DNA of 45,448 nucleotides from Archaeoglobaceae archaeon (GCA_046537735.1 JBKHKH010000001.1:1-45448), one strand, 5' to 3'; shown: positions 17,183 through 25,990, counted from the stretch's first letter. Notes: generated by a model not told the origin, from the sequence alone. A program made the numbers and translations.

Positions 17183-18085
17183 CTAATGTTCTAAAAGACC
17201 TTTAACAGCGCCCTGTTTGATTTCGGGGTCAAAGAAGAATATTATCAGGTTGACCACCAGTAGAACCACAAAGCCTGCTAAACCAGTTACTCCGATAAGC
17301 AATTCATTCCCTCCTTTTAACACCATTATGGATATACCGTAGGTGGCGTTGACTGTTCCGTGGATGATGGCGGCGGCTATAACTGATTTGCCTTTTATTC
17401 TTACGTAACTGAATACGGGAGCCAGCAGAACGGCCCACCCGATCATCATAAACACACCTATAACTGGGTACTGGGGGTAGTTGTGGCCCTGGAGTATGAG
17501 GGGTGCGTGCCACACCCCCCAGATCACACCAATGACCATGGATGCTCTCCAGAAGTCCATATGATCAAGCTCTCTCTGGAGGAATCCTCTCCATCCCAGC
17601 TCTTCACCAAATCCAGCCACAGCATTGATGGTGATACCGGCGACAAGACCCTGGATTAATGCCAGCCAGATGGGGTGGACAGGAGACTCTTCTATCTGCT
17701 TTTTGATCAATTCCATCTGCTCTGGTGTGAGAACGGACTGGTATCTTTCCAGCATACCCTCCAGTCCAGGAGAGTAGGTCACATCAGGGAATAACAGGCT
17801 GACCCCCAGGGCGGCAAAGGCTATAACTGGCGGCAAGAGCCAGGCAACCAGCCACCACCGATTTACTTTGAAGGAAATGCCTAACGGTCTTCTAACTGCT
17901 TCACCATAGTATTTTTGAACAGCAATGGCACACACCATGGGAACGAACATGTAGGCGGTGGCCAGCACCATGGCGTTAAGGGTGTTCCATTCGCCCCCTG
18001 AAGCAACAAAAACAGCTACCATCAACCAGTCGATGAGGAAGATCAGTCCTATAAACAATCCGATCTTCTTAAGCCGGCTGCTCAT
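17183..18085 (-). CDS. CPBP (CAAX/Abi) family intramembrane glutamic protease
   Basis: Motifs FGEELGWRGF (EExxxR), IWGVWHAP (FxxxH-like) and IIHGTVNA (HxxxN) in a multi-TM protein. Overlaps the MMPL gene stop by 17 nt. Confidence 0.85.
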   Translation of the reverse strand: MSSRLKKIGLFIGLIFLIDWLMVAVFVASGGEWNTLNAMVLATAYMFVPMVCAIAVQKYYGEAVRRPLGISFKVNRWWLVAWLLPPVIAFAALGVSLLFPDVTYSPGLEGMLERYQSVLTPEQMELIKKQIEESPVHPIWLALIQGLVAGITINAVAGFGEELGWRGFLQRELDHMDFWRASMVIGVIWGVWHAPLILQGHNYPQYPVIGVFMMIGWAVLLAPVFSYVRIKGKSVIAAAIIHGTVNATYGISIMVLKGGNELLIGVTGLAGFVVLLVVNLIIFFFDPEIKQGAVKGLLEH

Positions 18086-20291
18086 TCAGACCACGATTTT
18101 CTTTTCTGAACCTCTCTGTGAATATGAGGAAGGCGGGCACCAGAATTAGAGCGGCAAGAAGACAGAAAATTATGGTGGCTACACTTACCAGCCCAAAATC
18201 CCTCATGATGGGGAAGGGAGATACTGTCATCGCTGCGAAGCCTCCGGCCATGGTGAGACCTGAAGTCATAATAGCTTTTCCTATGTTCTGAATAGTGATA
18301 TCTACCGACTCTTCTGGCGACCTCCCCAGCCGCCTCTCCTCGAAGTAGCGCTCCATTACGTGAATGGAGAAATCTATTCCCAGTCCCACGGTCAAAGAGT
18401 TCAGGCTGGCAGAGATCAAGGTCCTGGGAACTCCAGTGAGATACATCAAAGCACCCACTAGGATTATGACCGTTGTGATGGGTACCAGGGGGACGACGGC
18501 ACTTCTCAAGCTCCTATAAACCACCAGCAGGAGGAGGGTGACCAGGACGAAGCTGGCTATGGTCATGTTATTCTGGCCGTTGATGATCAAGTCGGCCACG
18601 AACATCTTGAGGACCACATCACCGGTCAAATAGAACCCCTCTTCCAGTCCGAAGAAGTTGATATCCTCTTTGATCCTGTCATAAAGGTCTTTGAACTCGA
18701 TCCAGTCCATGGAGGAAACGGAGAAATAGATGGCTATGGTGTTCCCGCTGAGGTATCTCTGCATCTGGTCCGAAGGCATGGCATCCAGCAGATAGAACAA
18801 TTTGGTTTGACTATCCGGCATTTCACCGTCGTTGTACGATTTAACCAGGGTGTTGAGGCTCTCATAACCCACTACCTGCGGCTCAACGGATGTGATATAC
18901 TGTGAAAGAGAATCTATTCTTTTAAGATAATCCAGATTCAGTTTATCGGTTTCAATAACAGCAATGATCTCCTCAGAGCTGCCGATTACACTCTCCAGCT
19001 CGTTCATCTTTCTGATGGCAGGCAGGTCCTGGGGGATATATTCATAGAAATCTGTCTGGAGGTCGAGGTTGGAGTAACCGTAGTAACCGGTAGTCACCAT
19101 CAACAAGGCAATCAACAGAACTGTTTTGGGCCTTTCAGTGGGTATTCTGGCGATCTCCTTGAGCACAATGCCCAGGATGTCCCTTCCTTCTTCCGTCTTT
19201 ACAGTATCTCTTTTACCTCTCTCCATCAGTATGAGGACAGCAGGAAGGAACGTAAGGCTTAGAAGAAAGGCTATAACCAGCCCGATAGCTGATAAAAAAC
19301 CGAACCAGCTCAGAGCCGGAACACCGGAGAACACCATGGATAGAAATCCTATAACTGTGGTGATCATCGCCAGGCTGAGAGCCACCCCCACGCTTTTGAT
19401 GGAGTTGACCACGGCATTGACACTGGTGAAACCCTTGCGCATTTCCTCTTCAAATCTGGCCTGGAACTGAGCAGCGTACTCAATGCTTAGACCTATAAGG
19501 ATAGGAAAGAAGCCGTTAGTAACATCCGTTATCGGTATCCCAAAAATGGGCATTAATCCGTAGACCATAACGGTAGTAAAGATAGATATCACCAGGGGGA
19601 GCATCAGGGACCTCTTTCTGGCCACCACTCCTCTGAAGACTACCACCAGGATCAAGACCATTAAAATAATGGCAGCAGCTCCCATCATCATCATACTCTG
19701 TCCAATGGCCTGGTTGACCTGATACCTGACCAGAGGGTTCCCTGTAGCCTCTGTGACCACTCCAACCGGTTTAGGGATAGTTTCTATTTTTCGATCGATC
19801 TCCTGGGCTATCTCATCGTATTTGGATTCAGAAGCTGTAATCTCAATCCTTATGAGAGCAAAACTATTCTTGGGGACATAGAAGCTGGCATAATTATTTA
19901 CGTAGCTCTGAAGCGTGGCTCTGTCCTGAGGCAAATATCCAAAGTTTTTTACTGCAGAGCTGGCCGCAGAATTGGTCTCTCCAACCCCCTGGATGCTGGA
20001 GACAGAGTCTTCAAGCTCCAGCATATACTGGAAAACTTCGTAAGTTACCACATTGTCCCCTTTGACAAAAATGTAGGCTGCGCCCACAGAGGCACCAAAG
20101 TCTTTGGAGTAGAGTTTGTATTGGGTGAACTCTTTATGCTCCTCAGAAAAGTAGGTCTCAAAGCCCTGGTCCATCTTGACCTGCTGGCTGAAATGTATGC
20201 CAGCTATAAACAACAAGATTACGGCAACGATCACTGCCAGAGGGGCTCTGGTCGCCAATTTGGAGAAAAACTCAAAGATTGCTTTTACCAT
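18069..20291 (-). CDS. MMPL/RND-superfamily exporter (COG1033-like)
   Basis: 740 aa. The unit of one TM + large external loop + 5-TM bundle occurs twice, the typical RND/MMPL architecture. Confidence 0.87.
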   Translation of the reverse strand: MVKAIFEFFSKLATRAPLAVIVAVILLFIAGIHFSQQVKMDQGFETYFSEEHKEFTQYKLYSKDFGASVGAAYIFVKGDNVVTYEVFQYMLELEDSVSSIQGVGETNSAASSAVKNFGYLPQDRATLQSYVNNYASFYVPKNSFALIRIEITASESKYDEIAQEIDRKIETIPKPVGVVTEATGNPLVRYQVNQAIGQSMMMMGAAAIILMVLILVVVFRGVVARKRSLMLPLVISIFTTVMVYGLMPIFGIPITDVTNGFFPILIGLSIEYAAQFQARFEEEMRKGFTSVNAVVNSIKSVGVALSLAMITTVIGFLSMVFSGVPALSWFGFLSAIGLVIAFLLSLTFLPAVLILMERGKRDTVKTEEGRDILGIVLKEIARIPTERPKTVLLIALLMVTTGYYGYSNLDLQTDFYEYIPQDLPAIRKMNELESVIGSSEEIIAVIETDKLNLDYLKRIDSLSQYITSVEPQVVGYESLNTLVKSYNDGEMPDSQTKLFYLLDAMPSDQMQRYLSGNTIAIYFSVSSMDWIEFKDLYDRIKEDINFFGLEEGFYLTGDVVLKMFVADLIINGQNNMTIASFVLVTLLLLVVYRSLRSAVVPLVPITTVIILVGALMYLTGVPRTLISASLNSLTVGLGIDFSIHVMERYFEERRLGRSPEESVDITIQNIGKAIMTSGLTMAGGFAAMTVSPFPIMRDFGLVSVATIIFCLLAALILVPAFLIFTERFRKENRGLNEQPA

Positions 20292-20294
20292 AGC

Positions 20295-22175
20295 TTACTG
20301 TTTGGGCTTAAATTTGGTGTATGCTCCGTAAACTACAGCAGCCGCCACGACCAGCAGGCCGACGATAAGCATGGGAGGAATAGCTGTTGATTCAACAACT
20401 TCTACCGGCATCTTCTCCGGATCGCTGATGACCCATTCATCGGAGAGGTCCTTGTACTTCACTTCCAGGTTGAGCGCATACAGCTTCAGAGTAGCATCAC
20501 TATCCGCTTTCAGATTGAAGGTCACATTAGTAGATTCCCCAGGATCCAGGCTTCCCACATAGGCAGTATCATCTGTGGTGGAGAATGGGTCGACTACTGT
20601 TATACGGGTTGTAGCATCCCTAACCGTGAAATCCCCGGCATTCTTTACTGCAACCGTTACCGTTTCTTCACCACCGGCGGGCACCTGTCCCAACCCATGG
20701 ACTTCGAACTGCATCTTGGGCTGGACAGTGACCCCTACATCGACCTTTTCCGTCACTTCTTTGTCGTTGATGTTGTAGGTGAACTCCACTTTACCGGGGT
20801 ATTCACCTGATTGAGCGTTGCTCAAAGCATTTATCTTGAATCTGGTCTTAAAAACCTCCTCCACATCCCCTACGAAAGTCTCGCTAACAGTGGCTGAGAG
20901 AGGTGGTTTAACGCTGATCGCAGCTTTCAGATCATCGACCGGCTGAGTGGGAGAAATATAAGCAATGAAATCCCCTTCGCTTCCGGCATAAATGGAGGAT
21001 GAAGTGTTCATCACCCGGAACTCAGGACCTTCCCTGAGCTTTACCCCGAAGGCCACACTGGAAGTTTGCTGGGTTTCGCTGTACTCATCCAGATAAACCC
21101 CCCTTATCTGGAACGGATAATAACCTGCCTCTTCCGTAGATATATCAACAGTAAAGGTGACGTTGACACTTTGACCCGGTCTGAGGTCCCCTACGTAGTA
21201 GGAACCCTGGGAGAGGGTGGAGGATACCTCCGAAGGAACTTTGAGTTCAGGTAGTGACTGAGTGCTGACTCCGGTATCCCCTGCACCTGCCTGCGCCTGA
21301 AGGAGCTCCATCAACGGCTGCAGCTCTTCAAAGGAGGGGAGCTTCTGGAATGACGATAGGGCAGTGAAACCTGAAGGAGTGGACATGATCACGTAGAGGT
21401 TGGAGCCCACTTTCTCTCCAACATTCTTCACCTCAAGAGTAAGGTTACCCTTCCCTCCTGCCACCATATTTGTGGTGTGGACGTCAACAACCTTGAGCTT
21501 AACGTCATCCTCATCTACTACCACTTTTAAGGTTATAGTTTGCTCTTTGGGATCGAAATCGTAATCTATCCAGCTGAACCACAGCTGGGGGAGGTTTGTC
21601 TCGTTTATGACTGTCTTCTTGGATGGAACATATGTACCCAAAGTGGAATTATATTCCAGCTCGCTCTGTATCTCTTTGGTGGTGGTAGAGGTGTCAGGCA
21701 TTTCGGTTCTTGACCTCAACAGTATATCGTCAAGGATCTCGTAGTCCAATTTTAGCTTCAATTTGTATTCTCCAGCCTCTACGTTCTCGTTGACCCTGAT
21801 TTTCAGGGGGAGCTGGGCGGGTTCCATGGAGGGGAGGGCCGGATATTTCTGGACGGGTGTGAGTACCTTTATTCCGTCGGTCCCCTCACATTCAACAGTC
21901 ACGTTGTAGGCGGTGGTGAGCATGTCGGTTCTGTTCTTGAAGAAATTGTAGGTCTCGTAGTTGTAGTAGCTGATCCTCTCTATCTTGGCGTTGTTCTGGA
22001 GCATGACGTTGAGCTGGGTCTCCTCACCTCTGTTAACGTGATTATCTCCATATATGTATGCCGTGAAGTAGGGCTCTTCTTTATAGCTGAATGAGGCTGA
22101 TGCCTGGCTGCAAAGGGCTAGCAAAATAATTATCACAAGTAATAGTTTAAACACACTTGACTTTATATGGGTCAT
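20295..22175 (-). CDS. Secreted, C-terminally anchored COG1361/CARDB-like repeat protein (largest paralog)
   Basis: Signal peptide ...VFKLLLVIIILLALCSQASA, repeat cores (LNVMLQNNAKIERI, LTLEVKNVGEKVGSNL, VTVAVKNAGDFTVRDA) and a C-terminal TM + KFKPKQ. ATG 22173-22175 preceded by GGTGG (the track starts at GTG 22184). 3-nt gap to the MMPL gene. Confidence 0.77.
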   Translation of the reverse strand: MTHIKSSVFKLLLVIIILLALCSQASASFSYKEEPYFTAYIYGDNHVNRGEETQLNVMLQNNAKIERISYYNYETYNFFKNRTDMLTTAYNVTVECEGTDGIKVLTPVQKYPALPSMEPAQLPLKIRVNENVEAGEYKLKLKLDYEILDDILLRSRTEMPDTSTTTKEIQSELEYNSTLGTYVPSKKTVINETNLPQLWFSWIDYDFDPKEQTITLKVVVDEDDVKLKVVDVHTTNMVAGGKGNLTLEVKNVGEKVGSNLYVIMSTPSGFTALSSFQKLPSFEELQPLMELLQAQAGAGDTGVSTQSLPELKVPSEVSSTLSQGSYYVGDLRPGQSVNVTFTVDISTEEAGYYPFQIRGVYLDEYSETQQTSSVAFGVKLREGPEFRVMNTSSSIYAGSEGDFIAYISPTQPVDDLKAAISVKPPLSATVSETFVGDVEEVFKTRFKINALSNAQSGEYPGKVEFTYNINDKEVTEKVDVGVTVQPKMQFEVHGLGQVPAGGEETVTVAVKNAGDFTVRDATTRITVVDPFSTTDDTAYVGSLDPGESTNVTFNLKADSDATLKLYALNLEVKYKDLSDEWVISDPEKMPVEVVESTAIPPMLIVGLLVVAAAVVYGAYTKFKPKQ

Positions 22176-22210
22176 GACTACCACCGTGTAGTAGCAAAGG
22201 CTACGACAAT

Positions 22211-22220
22211 ATTATATAAT
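22211..22220. promoter_or_regulatory. Perfectly palindromic TATA-like element ATTATATAAT in a 56-65 bp divergent intergenic region
   Basis: It is its own reverse complement. It lies about 21-30 nt upstream of the trmB-like GTG (22241) and about 36-45 nt upstream of the COG1361 ATG (22175). Confidence 0.4.
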
Positions 22221-22240
22221 ACTTTTGCCCAACCCCCTGT

Positions 22241-22942
22241 GTGGACAAATTGGTGGAGGCTTTAAAAGACTTTGGACTTAGTGATTACGAGTCAAAGGTA
22301 CTTCTCACTCTACTGGCAAAGGGTGAGCTCTCAGCAGCAGAGATCGCCAGCTACAGTGGTGTGCCCAGAACTTCGGTGTATGAGGTAGTGAAGTCACTGA
22401 CCTCTAAAGGAGTGGTAGAAGAAGCGGGTGGAAAGCCCATGAAGTTCAAATCCATCCGGAGCGAGGATTTGATGGCCCTTTTTTCCAGGAGGTTGAAGGA
22501 AAACGTCGATTTCCTCAAAAAGGAATTACCCACTATTGAGGAAGGAGAGAAGAGAGAAGAAGTTGTCAAATTATATACAGGGGATGTAGCTTATAACGTG
22601 CTCAGAGAGTGTGTGGAGAAATGCCAAAAAGAGATCATTGTAGCATCAGCCAGCCTCGACCAGCGAATAATTGAAGTAATCGAAGGCGCTAACTGTAAAG
22701 TAGTGGTGATAGCTCCCAATGTAGGCGACTTCCAGGATGAGAATATTTCTGAAAGGCTTCAAATGGACGTAGAACTCACCCAAGTGGGTGTCTACCACGG
22801 GATGTTCCTCCTGGACGAGGAGAAGGTCGCCATTTACCTCAAACAGGGAGACAATTTGAGACTGATGATGGGCTCAGGAAGTTTTGCAGAGTTCTACAAG
22901 ATGTTCCTCCACTCATTCATCAGGCAAAAGGTCAAAGAATAG
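22241..22942 (+). CDS. TrmB family transcriptional regulator
   Basis: N-terminal winged HTH LKDFGLSDYESKVLLTLLAKGELSAAEIASYSGVPRTSVYEVVKSL typical of TrmB, with a C-terminal effector-like domain. Confidence 0.85.
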   Translation: MDKLVEALKDFGLSDYESKVLLTLLAKGELSAAEIASYSGVPRTSVYEVVKSLTSKGVVEEAGGKPMKFKSIRSEDLMALFSRRLKENVDFLKKELPTIEEGEKREEVVKLYTGDVAYNVLRECVEKCQKEIIVASASLDQRIIEVIEGANCKVVVIAPNVGDFQDENISERLQMDVELTQVGVYHGMFLLDEEKVAIYLKQGDNLRLMMGSGSFAEFYKMFLHSFIRQKVKE

Positions 22943-23047
22943 TTCACTGGGAGGTTAAAGTGATCGCCTTTCAAAATCGCATCTTTTGACTCTCCAAAAT
23001 CCCTAAAACCTCAAAATATTTTTAAATTGTTTTGGTTCAGGAGAGCT

Positions 23048-24223
23048 ATGAAGGTGGTTTTATCCTATTCGGGAGGACTGGACACTTCGGTTTGTATTCC
23101 TCTACTCAAAGAAAAATATGGATTTGATGAGGTGATCACTGTCACTGTTAACGCTGGTCAACCAGCAGAAGAGATTAAAGAGGCTGAAGAGAAGGGGAAG
23201 AAGTATGCTGACAACCACTATACTATAGATGCCACTTCTGAGTATGTGGATATGCTCCTCAAGCTGATTAAGGCCAACGGTGATTACGAGGGCTATATCC
23301 TGGGCACCGCTGTAGCCAGACCGGTTATTGCCGAAAAGGTGGTGGAAGTGGCCGAAAAAGAGAAGGCCGATGCCGTAGCCCACGGCTGCACCGGTAAAGG
23401 GAATGACCAGTTGAGATTCGAGAATATATTCTATCAGTATGGGTTGAAGGTCATAGCCCCCATGAGGGAAATGAACCTCTCCAGGGAATGGGAAATGGAT
23501 TATGCCCAGAAGAAAGCCATAGAGGTCCCCGCCACCAAAGAGAAGCCTTACAGCATTGACGAGAACTTGTGGAGCAGGAGTATTGAAGGAGGCAGACTGG
23601 AAGACCCCTCTTTTATGCCTCCCGAGGAGATATACGAGTGGACAGTGGACCCTAAGGACGCTCCCCAAGAACCCGAAATTGTAAAAATTGGGTTTGAGAA
23701 AGGGATTCCGGTCTTCATAAACGATGAAAGTCTGCCACCTCTGGAGCTAATGAGAAAACTGAATGAGATAGGCGGGAAGCACGGTGTAGGGAGAATGGAC
23801 CTTATGGAAGACAGAGTACTGGGGCTGAAAGCAAGAGAGAATTATGAGCACCCTGCCGCCACCATCTTGATAACGGCACATCGAGACCTGGAGAAGCTCG
23901 TATTAAGCAGGAAGGAGCTGAAGTTCAAGGGATCCGTAGATGAAGAATGGGCCGACCTGGCGTATCAAGGATTGGTAAATGAGCCCCTTTTCGAGGCACT
24001 CAATGCCTTTATTGATAAGACTCAAGAGAGAGTTACCGGCTGGGTGAAACTGAAGCTGTTCAAGGGGTCGGCGATGGCCATAGCCAGAGATTCTGAATTC
24101 TCATTGTACAAAGAAGAGTTGACCTCCTTTGACAAGGAGGCAATAGACCAGAAGCATGCTGAAGGTTTTTCACATTTTCATGGGTTGCAGGGGAGACTAT
24201 ATAGAGAAAGAGAGAGGGAGTAA
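23048..24223 (+). CDS. argG: Argininosuccinate synthase
   Basis: [16 protein letters not shown]-loop, [23 protein letters not shown] and other ArgG hallmarks. Start trimmed to ATG 23048. Confidence 0.95.
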   Translation: MKVVLSYSGGLDTSVCIPLLKEKYGFDEVITVTVNAGQPAEEIKEAEEKGKKYADNHYTIDATSEYVDMLLKLIKANGDYEGYILGTAVARPVIAEKVVEVAEKEKADAVAHGCTGKGNDQLRFENIFYQYGLKVIAPMREMNLSREWEMDYAQKKAIEVPATKEKPYSIDENLWSRSIEGGRLEDPSFMPPEEIYEWTVDPKDAPQEPEIVKIGFEKGIPVFINDESLPPLELMRKLNEIGGKHGVGRMDLMEDRVLGLKARENYEHPAATILITAHRDLEKLVLSRKELKFKGSVDEEWADLAYQGLVNEPLFEALNAFIDKTQERVTGWVKLKLFKGSAMAIARDSEFSLYKEELTSFDKEAIDQKHAEGFSHFHGLQGRLYRERERE

Positions 24224-24465
24224 GCTTTAGCTTTTAATTCTTTGTTTTTTAGATCGCTAACTGATATCGAATACTTGAATTCACTTGCATGACCACAACA
24301 CTCCAGCCATAGATCCCTGAGGATTTCGTCAAGTTCATTCAACTCCGCATCGGCAGAAATTATAATGTTGATCCAGTATTCCGGTTGATAAAGCCCTCCG
24401 ATCCAGTAGAACCACTGGATGGAAACGAATAGGCAGAGTAGGTGAAAATGAAAATCTTTTATCAT
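24178..24465 (-). pseudogene. Probable gene remnant (95-aa ORF whose 3' end runs 46 nt into argG)
   Basis: The only motif-like segment is ELDEILRDLWLECCGHASEF. The C-terminal third ([17 protein letters not shown]) is low complexity and antisense to the argG 3' end. No RBS or TATA is obvious. Confidence 0.3.
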
Positions 24466-24493
24466 GCAAATGCCGTATGTTAATGTAATGTAA

Positions 24494-25009
24494 ATGAAGG
24501 CGGAAATTGATGATCTGACCGATCTAATAGAAGGTGAGAGGGAGATAGATTGGCAGTGGGTAAAACCTCAAATCCCTTTGATGACTACGGAAGAGCTAAT
24601 AGAGCTGATGATAGACCTGGGGCTTTACGTAAACCAAACCCTTGCATTAGAGATAGCAAAACGGAAAGATGCAGTTTTCTGGCTGAAAAAGCTTATACAG
24701 GATGGAAGGAACTGGTATCAGGGGATACGTGGGGATGCCTGGCCCCCTCTCCACGCTATCCACATACTACCTCTTATACAAACGGGGGAGGCTCTTGAGC
24801 TTCTCCTGGATGTGGAAGATACTCCTGAGATTAAGGAGGGAGTGAGAAAGCATGATAAGCTCCTTGAAAAACACCTCTTGGAAAGAGAGGAAGATTTCAT
24901 TGACGTTGCCACCGAAATAGAAATAGCATTGGAGACAGGTGCAACGAGAATAGTGAGGGAGCTTGACGTGGAAAATGAAGATCTGATTGGGAGTTGCTTT
25001 CAGGGATAA
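24494..25009 (+). CDS. Hypothetical protein, possibly truncated DUF1186-like
   Basis: 171 aa. WPPLHAIHILPLIQTGEALELLLDV resembles the HEAT-like core of DUF1186 proteins as I recall them. The rest is acidic and unassignable. Confidence 0.4.
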   Translation: MKAEIDDLTDLIEGEREIDWQWVKPQIPLMTTEELIELMIDLGLYVNQTLALEIAKRKDAVFWLKKLIQDGRNWYQGIRGDAWPPLHAIHILPLIQTGEALELLLDVEDTPEIKEGVRKHDKLLEKHLLEREEDFIDVATEIEIALETGATRIVRELDVENEDLIGSCFQG

Positions 25010-25331
25010 CTACTCACCAGAAATGCCATTGTCCGCAGGTTTGAGAAATAGAGATAGCGGCAACATGATCTGGGAAAAGGAGTTCACTGCAGAGACCAGC
25101 AAACAGTGATGAATAAGATAAAAAGGTTAAGAGCAATTCTGGATGGAGATCACATACCTCGACCTGCTCACCCGAGAAAGTGCTCGAAATGCCGGTTAAA
25201 ACAGCATGCAAACAAAATCTGGAAATGGAGCGAGAGCTGAAGAAAGAGAGGGAACCGGAATTGCCAGCTGTAGAAAGCTTGAAGAGCAGATTTATGGGTT
25301 TGGTACAGCGTCAAAGGTAATAAGCAAAAGA

Positions 25332-25988
25332 TCAGCTCAGTATCTCCCCACCTCTCCTCGTCCCAGAAACTTCTTCGCATCTCCCCATAACTTGTATTGT
25401 ACCTCCTCTCATCTCGTTCCCTATCCAGCGGGCATTACCTTTTACCACTATCTCTCCGTCTTTCATAAACTCTCCTACACCGAACTCTGCATCCCCCTCC
25501 ACAACGATCCTACCCCCCCTCATCCCTGCTCCCAGCCTGTGGCCGGCGTTCCCCTCAATTATTATCTCTCCACCCTGCATGTATCTGCCGGTCCACCACC
25601 CCGTATCCCCAATGATCTCCAGTTTACCTCTGAGGTGCCTGTATCCCAATCCGGCGACCTTCTGGGGATGGTATTCCACCGTGCACAGGGTTATGATATC
25701 GTCATGGTCCACCACTTCCCTATAAACACCGGAGATGAAGCAACCCACCAGCCAGAACTCCCTCTGGCCCCTTATCTCTTCGTGGAGGATATCATTGAAC
25801 AATGTCTCGATCTCTGAAATAGTGGGACGGTGTTCTTGTGCAGCCTTCAATCCGAATTTAAAATGATCTAGCTCCCTCCATCCTCTGGTCATGTGGAGAA
25901 TATAATCAGAAATAATTTGGTGGAGTTTATCATACATGTTCTTCCTATGAGCCAAAATTTTAAATGTTTTTTCAATGGGATTGTCCAT
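25332..25988 (-). CDS. GXGXG-motif beta-helix protein (GltB C-terminal domain / FwdC-like) with unknown N-terminal domain
   Basis: C-terminal half has repeated turns GDTGWWTGRYMQGGEIIIEGNAGHRLGAGMRGGRIVVEGDAEFGVGEFMKDGEIVVKGNARWIGNEMRGGTIQVMG. The first 90 aa or so have no recognisable motif. Confidence 0.75.
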   Translation of the reverse strand: MDNPIEKTFKILAHRKNMYDKLHQIISDYILHMTRGWRELDHFKFGLKAAQEHRPTISEIETLFNDILHEEIRGQREFWLVGCFISGVYREVVDHDDIITLCTVEYHPQKVAGLGYRHLRGKLEIIGDTGWWTGRYMQGGEIIIEGNAGHRLGAGMRGGRIVVEGDAEFGVGEFMKDGEIVVKGNARWIGNEMRGGTIQVMGRCEEVSGTRRGGEILS

Positions 25989-25990
25989 TC

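Noticed and set aside
23102-23668. 188-aa minus-strand ORF inside argG, and similar antisense or out-of-frame ORFs in the track (for example 237..605, 1493..1924, 6650..7048, 6762..7166, 37412..38001, 39841..40239, 44376..44804)
   Set aside because: All lie within, and antisense or out of frame to, confidently identified conserved genes, and none has recognisable motifs.
25206-25817. 203-aa plus-strand ORF antisense to the GXGXG gene
   Set aside because: It is Pro/Ser/His-rich with low-complexity composition. It lies entirely opposite a CDS with a strong repeated motif, so it is a typical shadow ORF.
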